Virus record (IMG/VR): IMGVR_UViG_3300047669_001912
Location: 1 to 32,775 of that record
DNA: 32,775 nt
Direction: 5' to 3' (one strand)
From: a virus
Lineage: Duplodnaviria > Caudoviricetes
Numbering within the stretch: position 1 is the first letter of the stretch; each line of letters opens with the position of its first letter. Under the pieces are notes generated by a model that saw nothing but the letters and a program-made list of their open reading frames with translations, had not been told where the DNA came from and searched no databases. Positions 27,071 to 32,775 of the stretch are shown in pieces. Both the position numbers and the translations under genes were made by a program.

Positions 27071-28737
27071 TATATTTTAAAAATATTCGTTGGAAAAATC
27101 TGTTAAGTACTGGGAATCAATTCACAGAAATTCAATTAGATAAAAGTTCTACTACATTAATTGTTGGTGATAATGGGTCAGGTAAATCTACAATCCTAGA
27201 CGCATTGTGTTTTGGTCTATTTAATAAACCATTTAGAAAGATTAATAGACCACAATTAATAAATTCTGTTAACGATGGGGGATTACTCGTAGAAATAGAA
27301 TTTGATATTGGAAGTAGGTACTATAAAATTCGTAGAGGGATTAAGAAGAATATCTTTGAGATTTATGTAAATGATAAACGATTAGATCAAGATGCTAAAT
27401 CTGTTGACCAACAAGAATACCTTGAAAAAACAGTACTTAAATTAAATTATAAATCATTTACTCAAATAGTTCTATTGGGAACTGCCTCTTTTACTCCCTT
27501 TATGCAGCTAAAAACTGTAGATCGTAGAAATATTATTGAGGACTTACTTGATATTCAGATTTTTTCTATAATGAATAATTTATTGAAAAATAAGATATCT
27601 GAAAATAAAGACATAACTACTTCTAATGAAATTAAAAGAGAATTATCTATTGGTAATATTAATACTACTGAGGGGTTGATTGCCGATTTAGAGAAAACTA
27701 AATCAGACCAAATACAAAAAAATGAACGTGATATTAGTGACAATGCTGCAGATATTGACCGAATAAATGTAATAGTAAAACAACTAATAGATTCAATATC
27801 AACTGATGATTCACAAAAAAACTTTGATGAATTGACAGGCTTTCAAATGGGTATTGAGCGTAATATGATATCCTTAGAGAAGGAAATAGAATTTTATGAA
27901 AAGAACACTGTTTGTTCTACATGTCAACAAGAACTAGAGGAAGACCATAAAGCTAAGATGATATCAGAGCATCATGGGCGTTTACATGAAAGTGGGACAG
28001 CATTATTAAAAATAGGTAATAAGATCCGTGGATATCAAGCACAATTAGATACAGTTACAAAAGTTCAAACAGAAATTACTACTCATCAAAATCAAATACA
28101 AGCAATTTCTAGTTATATTTTAAAATTAAAACATCAAATTGAAGAGATAGCAGGAAGAGAAGATGATATAGGTACAAGGGTACACAAACTAAAAGAGGTA
28201 AAAGAAGAATTAAAATTGTGTATAGAGAAACAGAAAAGTTTATCATCACAGAAGCAGTTATATGAGACCGCATATATTTTATTAAAAGATACTGGAATTA
28301 AGACTCGTATTATTAAGCAGTATCTTCCTATAATGAACAAATTGATCAATAAGTATCTGTCTTCAATGGAATTTTTTGTATCCTTTAATTTAAATGAAAA
28401 ATTTGAAGAGAAAATAAAATCACGATTTAGAGATGAATTTACATATGATTCATTTAGTGAGGGTGAGAAAATGAGAATTGATCTAGCTCTTCTTTTTACT
28501 TGGCGAACAATTGCTAAAATGAAAAATAGTGTTAATACCAATCTTCTAATTTTAGATGAAGTATTTGATTCTTCATTAGATGTAAATGGTACTGAGGAAT
28601 TTCTAAAAATTTTACATAAATTAACAGGTAAGCAGAATACATTTATTATTAGTCACAAGGGAGATGTACTTTTTGATAAATTTAAAGATGTGATTAAATT
28701 CGAGAAATATAAGAATTTTTCTAGAGTAAAAAGATAA
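27067..28737 (+). CDS. gp46: Recombination endonuclease ATPase gp46 (Rad50/SbcC-like)
   Basis: GDNGSGKST; CSTC zinc hook; FSEGEK signature; LILDEVFD; TTG start. Confidence 0.96.
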   Translation: MIYFKNIRWKNLLSTGNQFTEIQLDKSSTTLIVGDNGSGKSTILDALCFGLFNKPFRKINRPQLINSVNDGGLLVEIEFDIGSRYYKIRRGIKKNIFEIYVNDKRLDQDAKSVDQQEYLEKTVLKLNYKSFTQIVLLGTASFTPFMQLKTVDRRNIIEDLLDIQIFSIMNNLLKNKISENKDITTSNEIKRELSIGNINTTEGLIADLEKTKSDQIQKNERDISDNAADIDRINVIVKQLIDSISTDDSQKNFDELTGFQMGIERNMISLEKEIEFYEKNTVCSTCQQELEEDHKAKMISEHHGRLHESGTALLKIGNKIRGYQAQLDTVTKVQTEITTHQNQIQAISSYILKLKHQIEEIAGREDDIGTRVHKLKEVKEELKLCIEKQKSLSSQKQLYETAYILLKDTGIKTRIIKQYLPIMNKLINKYLSSMEFFVSFNLNEKFEEKIKSRFRDEFTYDSFSEGEKMRIDLALLFTWRTIAKMKNSVNTNLLILDEVFDSSLDVNGTEEFLKILHKLTGKQNTFIISHKGDVLFDKFKDVIKFEKYKNFSRVKR

Positions 28738-28777
28738 ATATTAGGTAGTAATAAGATCTTTCATAAAGGAAAAACAT

Positions 28778-28999
28778 ATGCACAAAACAGTATTAATTTT
28801 TGTGATGATGATGACATGGATGTTCGTTGGATGTGAAACAGTAAGACAAGTTAAGGCAGGATGCTGGGGTTATTGGATTCACAATGAAGGCCATAAGAGA
28901 GGCACTAGGTTAGACAATCAAAATAACAATAGACCTATGAGACAATGTGTGGATGAGAATTTTCCTCATCAAGATACAGAAAAAAGACCATACGGTTAA
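28778..28999 (+). CDS. Putative lipoprotein
   Basis: Signal peptide ending FVG-C; two further Cys; AAGGA SD. Confidence 0.6.
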   Translation: MHKTVLIFVMMMTWMFVGCETVRQVKAGCWGYWIHNEGHKRGTRLDNQNNNRPMRQCVDENFPHQDTEKRPYG

Positions 29000-29038
29000 A
29001 GTAACAATTTAGATGTAGAAATACGGATTAGAGTAAAA

Positions 29039-29464
29039 ATGTATAAATCACTAATATTTATTATGGTATTATTTGGTGGATGTACAATAAACATGACACC
29101 ATCACAGGAACAAGTTGAAAAAAAGGTTCCCGATCAGATAGAGATGAAACAAGCCGAACAAAGTAAACACAAACCTTGGCCACAAGATGGGAAAGAATAT
29201 TGGTATGCCCGATACTTTCATACAATGGCGAGTCACCCAGGCATTCAACGGACGATAAAACCAGAGGATGTATTTGAAATAGTCAAGTGTACTATGGACA
29301 AATACGAAGAGGATAATTCATGGCAATGGTTTCTTGACAATCTTGCAAATGTGCAGATACTTACACTCAAAAATTCTCAGTATGTATACGATGTCACTAC
29401 AGTTTGCGCAGCTAAACAAAAGGCTAAAACCCCAAGACCAGTAGATGTGAGAAACACTATATAA
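29039..29464 (+). CDS. Putative lipoprotein
   Basis: MYKSLIFIMVLFGG-C lipobox-like signal; two further Cys. Confidence 0.6.
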   Translation: MYKSLIFIMVLFGGCTINMTPSQEQVEKKVPDQIEMKQAEQSKHKPWPQDGKEYWYARYFHTMASHPGIQRTIKPEDVFEIVKCTMDKYEEDNSWQWFLDNLANVQILTLKNSQYVYDVTTVCAAKQKAKTPRPVDVRNTI

Positions 29465-29465
29465 G

Positions 29466-29714
29466 ATGCCAATATACGAATATAAATGTAACTTATGTAA
29501 TGGACTTTGGGAAGAAATTCAAAAGTTTTCTGATGATCCACTTACTGTTTGTAAAAGTTGTGAAAAAGAAGGTGGAGTACATAAACTTGTGCCTGGTAGT
29601 ATGAGCTTTATTCTCAAGGGTAGCGGGTGGTATAAAGATGGATATTCATCAATAAAACCAAAAGAAAGTGGGGATGTTGACTCTGGGGCGGTTCAGTTGA
29701 CCACTGACCATTAA
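29466..29714 (+). CDS. FmdB-family zinc-ribbon protein
   Basis: MPIYEYKCNLC...CKSC...FILKGSGWYKDGY. Confidence 0.88.
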   Translation: MPIYEYKCNLCNGLWEEIQKFSDDPLTVCKSCEKEGGVHKLVPGSMSFILKGSGWYKDGYSSIKPKESGDVDSGAVQLTTDH

Positions 29715-29822
29715 CCAGATCGGCGGGAGTCGTCATCCGCTTAATAGTATAGAATATACGAGGCTTGACCTTAAGTTCTATTAACTTGTGCATTCCCTTT
29801 TTTACTTAAGAAAATATATAAT

Positions 29823-29987
29823 ATGATTATAACAACCACCACAATAATGATAGTTCAAGTTATTATCTTAACTTGGATATTTTCAACTACTCCAGCCGAT
29901 TGTCCTAGAAAGTACATGAAATCTAGTGAAATAACTAGATACTGTGAATTAGACTATGGGGGGAAATGGAAGTTGAAGGAGGAATAA
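29823..29987 (+). CDS. Small membrane-anchored protein (54 aa; below the ORF-track cutoff)
   Basis: Manual translation MIITTTTIMIVQVIILTWIFSTTPADCPRKYMKSSEITRYCELDYGGKWKLKEE; ends 1 nt before the next ATG and contains its SD. Confidence 0.55.
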   Translation: MIITTTTIMIVQVIILTWIFSTTPADCPRKYMKSSEITRYCELDYGGKWKLKEE

Positions 29988-29988
29988 C

Positions 29989-30201
29989 ATGAAAGTAATA
30001 CTAGAATTTAATTTACCAGAAGATAAAGAAGAGTATGATACAGCCTCAAAAGGAATGGATTGGGCTCTTGTTGCATGGCACATAGACGATTTTATCCGAA
30101 ACAAGATCAAATATGAACAAGACAGAGATGGCGTATTACAACTTGTTAGAGATGAACTAAATTTTCGGATAGAAGAAAAAGGATTAAAATATCCAGAATG
30201 A
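29989..30201 (+). CDS. Conserved-looking phage hypothetical protein
   Basis: MKVILEFNLPED.EEY motif; strong AGGAGG SD. Confidence 0.7.
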   Translation: MKVILEFNLPEDKEEYDTASKGMDWALVAWHIDDFIRNKIKYEQDRDGVLQLVRDELNFRIEEKGLKYPE

Positions 30202-30416
30202 GAACGAGAGATTATCGAAGAAACCAAGAAGAAAAGAAGAAACGAAAAGTTGTTAAAGACCATGATAAATGGTGGTGGGGAGATGAGTCTCCTAGAATGG
30301 TAGGGAAAAAAGCACATACTCCAGCAATGTGTAGTTGTCATATGTGTGGAAACCCCCGTAAATATTGGAAAGAGAAAACATTCCAAGAACGAAAAAATGA
30401 AGAAGTTGACTCTTGA
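30198..30416 (+). CDS. Small basic protein with a CSCxMCGNPRK motif
   Basis: ATGA-coupled; Cys cluster suggests Zn binding. Confidence 0.65.
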   Translation: MRTRDYRRNQEEKKKRKVVKDHDKWWWGDESPRMVGKKAHTPAMCSCHMCGNPRKYWKEKTFQERKNEEVDS

Positions 30417-30469
30417 AAAAGAAAGATAGAAAACTCTACGATTCGTGGAAATATAAAAAAGGAAATCTT

Positions 30470-30907
30470 ATGGAGTTCAACAATCCTATTTTTCAGACAC
30501 TATTAGGTCTGGTGATTTTTTATATCGGTCTGAAGATGTTCAGCGGTGGAATGAAATCAATGGGCAAACTGGAACACCTTGAGGTTTTTCTTGGTAATCC
30601 ATACTATATGTTTTTGGGGTCTATAGTGATGACTCTCCTGTGGCAATCTTCATCCTTGTCCACAACAGCAATTATTGGATTGGTTGCATCTGGTGCTCTC
30701 CCTCTACCATCAGCGATTGCGGCTGTACTTGGTGCAAACATTGGAACTACAGGAACTATCTGGTTAGCAGGAATGTTGGTGAGCGATGGAATGCCCGTAG
30801 GTATCACTAAACAAATTGCGATGGTTCATACAGGAGTGAATATGTTGATGGCAATACTGTTACTTCCATTCGTTCAACCAATTGCTAAGTTTATGTCGAA
30901 ATTTTAA
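30470..30907 (+). CDS. Na+/Pi cotransporter family (NptA/NaPi-II), single-repeat protein
   Basis: GLKMFSGGM; LWQSSSLST; LGANIGTT; AMVHTGVN. ATG at 30470 with an AAGGA SD is preferred over TTG at 30413. Confidence 0.85.
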   Translation: MEFNNPIFQTLLGLVIFYIGLKMFSGGMKSMGKLEHLEVFLGNPYYMFLGSIVMTLLWQSSSLSTTAIIGLVASGALPLPSAIAAVLGANIGTTGTIWLAGMLVSDGMPVGITKQIAMVHTGVNMLMAILLLPFVQPIAKFMSKF

Positions 30908-30910
30908 TTT

Positions 30911-30918
30911 ACTAAATA
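30911..30918 (+). promoter_or_regulatory. Late promoter variant ACTAAATA upstream of guaC
   Basis: Same octamer as before gp22 and gp3. Confidence 0.45.
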
Positions 30919-30980
30919 GTAATAAGGAGCGGAAGGTTCCTTGGTGTTTACATTTTAATATATCAAACCAGAAGGGTTAG

Positions 30981-31991
30981 ATGCGAATTATAGATGATGT
31001 CAAATTAGATTTTAGCGATGTGCTAATATCCCCCAAAAGATCACAACTTACCTCACGTAAAGACGCAGACCTCACCAGATCATTTACCTTTAAACATTCA
31101 CACCATAAATGGAGTGGTATTCCCATAATTGCCGCCAATATGGATCATACAGGAACTAATGCTATGGCTCATGTTCTTATGGGATACCCTATGCTTACAG
31201 CTCTATGTAAGTTTGTCGAATCTACAGAGTGGGGGTGGAATAAGAACATAATAAGAACTATCGGATTAGACCAAAATCTAGACAAGTTAGCCTATGATTC
31301 TGACACAGCGCCATGGATTTGTCTTGATGTAGCAAATGGATATACAGAACGATTTAATGATTATGTTTCCTTGATGAGAGAACACGAAGCAACCAAAGAT
31401 AAAATAATCATAGCTGGAAATGTATGTACACCAGAAGCTACAGAGCAGATACTTCTTGCTGGCGCAGATGTTGTGAAAATTGGTATTGGGCCTGGAAGTG
31501 TTTGTACGACTCGGAAAATGACAGGGGTAGGATATCCACAACTTTCAGCCACGATAGAATGTGCTGATGCGGCTCATGGTTTGGGTGGACACATTATTAC
31601 TGATGGTGGATGTACGGTGGTAGGAGACATTGCTAAAGCATTTGGTGCTGGTGCTGACTTTGTAATGTTAGGTGGAATGCTCGCAGGTCATTGGGAATGT
31701 GCATGGGATGATGAAGCGGAAGATCCAGAAGTTACAGGTACAATGACATTCTATGGTATGTCCTCTGATGATGCCCAACTAAAATACTACGGAGAAAAAC
31801 AATCTCATCGTGCATCTGAAGGAAAAAAAGTTCAAGTTCCATATCGGGGTAATGTTGCAGACACAATACAAGATATTTTGGGTGGACTAAGAAGCGCGTG
31901 TACTTACGCTGGAGCCAGAAGTATAAAATCATTACCTAAGTGTACTACATTTGTAAAAGTAAATAGACAATTGAATGAGGTATTTTCATGA
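30981..31991 (+). CDS. guaC: GMP reductase (type 1)
   Basis: KLDFSDVLISPKRS.L.SR; AANMD; CLDVANGY; GIGPGSVCTTR; RASEGK; ILGGLRSACTY; no CBS domain. Confidence 0.92.
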   Translation: MRIIDDVKLDFSDVLISPKRSQLTSRKDADLTRSFTFKHSHHKWSGIPIIAANMDHTGTNAMAHVLMGYPMLTALCKFVESTEWGWNKNIIRTIGLDQNLDKLAYDSDTAPWICLDVANGYTERFNDYVSLMREHEATKDKIIIAGNVCTPEATEQILLAGADVVKIGIGPGSVCTTRKMTGVGYPQLSATIECADAAHGLGGHIITDGGCTVVGDIAKAFGAGADFVMLGGMLAGHWECAWDDEAEDPEVTGTMTFYGMSSDDAQLKYYGEKQSHRASEGKKVQVPYRGNVADTIQDILGGLRSACTYAGARSIKSLPKCTTFVKVNRQLNEVFS

Positions 31992-32470
31992 GTAAAAAAC
32001 AATGGTATAGCTGGGAAGAAATGACAAGAGATGTTGGTTCGTTGTGTCGTGAAATTGTTCTAGATAAGTTTGACCCACAAGTGATTGTTGGGCTCAGTCG
32101 TGGAGGGTTGGTGCCAGGAGTAATGATGAGCCACTGGTTCAATAAACCATTTAAGTCAGTTCAGGCATCACTCAGGGATTTTGCTGAGTGGGAAAATTAT
32201 CTGCCAAGACCTACAGATGAAAGAGTTTTGATAGTTGATGACATATGTGATTCAGGTAAAACATTCAGAAAAATAGAACAACATATTAAGGGGCCGAGAA
32301 AAGGAAATCCAATGGAAATTCAATGTGAGGTTCGGTTCGCCAGTTTAATTTGGAATAATGAGTGTGAAGATAATTTTGAACCACATTATTATGCACAGGA
32401 GATGGCTAAAGATTCTGAGAATATTTGGCTCACTTTTGCGTGGGAAGAATTCTGGCGGCCGCCAGTTTAA
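31988..32470 (+). CDS. Purine phosphoribosyltransferase (xanthine-guanine PRT/Gpt-like)
   Basis: SWEEM; IVGLSRGGLVPG; VLIVDDICDSGKT PRPP-binding motif; W..F.WE. Confidence 0.85.
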   Translation: MSKKQWYSWEEMTRDVGSLCREIVLDKFDPQVIVGLSRGGLVPGVMMSHWFNKPFKSVQASLRDFAEWENYLPRPTDERVLIVDDICDSGKTFRKIEQHIKGPRKGNPMEIQCEVRFASLIWNNECEDNFEPHYYAQEMAKDSENIWLTFAWEEFWRPPV

Positions 32471-32471
32471 C

Positions 32472-32499
32472 AGAATTATTGGAAGATAATTCTATTTTT
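32472..32499 (+). terminator. Possible weak terminator/hairpin
   Basis: AGAATTAT-TGGAAG-ATAATTCT followed by ATTTTT. Confidence 0.4.
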
Positions 32500-32525
32500 A
32501 ACCTAAATCTCGGAAGGAGATTGAT

Positions 32526-32775
32526 ATGAAGAAAATAATTGCTTTAATAGCAACGATTGTCGGGTTGGCAATCTTTAGTATAGTAAATGTATCTGGAGGA
32601 AAATTACCTTCAGTTGGTTATGTTCTAGTGGGGCCACATACCGATGGTGGATGGTCAATGAGACATCATGATGGATTTCAATCATTGACAAAACATGGTT
32701 ATAAAGTTGGTATGGTTGAAATGGTGCCGGAAGCAGAGTCAACAAAAATATTCCGCAAGCTTGCACGAAAACACG
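32526..32775 (+). CDS. BMP-family (PnrA/Med-like) ABC transporter substrate-binding protein, truncated by the window end
   Basis: Manual translation MKKIIALIATIVGLAIFSIVNVSGGKLPSVGYVLVGPHTDGGWSMRHHDG...EMVPE matches the BMP VGF.Y.GP..D.GW...H..G motif; AAGGAG SD. Confidence 0.8.
   Translation, partial: MKKIIALIATIVGLAIFSIVNVSGGKLPSVGYVLVGPHTDGGWSMRHHDGFQSLTKHGYKVGMVEMVPEAESTKIFRKLARKH

Noticed and set aside
11294-28737. Introns or inteins in gp17, gp20, gp23, UvsW or gp46
   Set aside because: The ORFs are continuous and of normal length, with no splicing motifs seen
29670-29800. Possible tRNA-Sec, tmRNA or ZTP riboswitch
   Set aside because: No T-loop GTTCRA or cloverleaf, no tmRNA ends, and no ZTP P3/pseudoknot; kept only as an unknown structure
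30413-30469. TTG-started N-terminal extension of the Na/Pi protein
   Set aside because: A better SD and ATG lie at 30470 and the extension is non-homologous, though it cannot be fully excluded
30981-31991. IMP dehydrogenase (guaB) instead of guaC
   Set aside because: N-terminal PKRS.L.SR, CLDVANGY, RASEGK and GGLRSACTY match type 1 GMP reductase
135-32766. Many short minus-strand and alternate-frame ORFs in the track (e.g. 135-416, 10619-10960, 19663-19974, 28134-28541, 29949-30386, 32575-32766)
   Set aside because: They lie within well-supported plus-strand genes, lack recognisable motifs, and look like antisense or frame shadows
1-32775. Alternative genetic code or stop-codon reassignment
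   Set aside because: Core genes translate full-length in the standard code, and TAA, TGA and TAG all act as stops

Overview
A 32.8-kb AT-rich segment of a large T4-like (Tevenvirinae/Kyanoviridae-style) myovirus genome, probably aquatic, with almost all genes on the + strand. Left (1-7.6 kb): a tail-fibre protein, a Kelch-like beta-propeller protein and a tail-fibre-chaperone-like protein. These are translationally coupled to an enzyme cassette: a YkgJ-like Cys-cluster/coiled-coil fusion, a U32-family Fe-S-like protein fused to a SAM methyltransferase, a 2OG-Fe(II) oxygenase and a DUF401-like membrane protein. Middle (7.7-28.7 kb): the canonical T4 core, gp13-14-15-16-17-[antisense degenerate HNH]-18-19-20-67-x-21-22-23-3-uvsY-uvsW-55-47-46, with TATAAATA-type late promoters. 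Right (28.8-32.8 kb): accessory genes, namely lipoproteins, an FmdB zinc ribbon, a half-size Na/Pi cotransporter, GMP reductase, a purine phosphoribosyltransferase and a truncated BMP-family binding protein. The best candidate for an undescribed system is the adhesin-linked Fe-S hydroxylase/methyltransferase/oxygenase/transporter cassette. Also notable are the purine/phosphate scavenging module with repeated GGAAG-loop leader hairpins, mirror-image divergent promoters, and several structured intergenic RNA candidates. All calls come from motif recognition by eye; no searches or folding programs were run.
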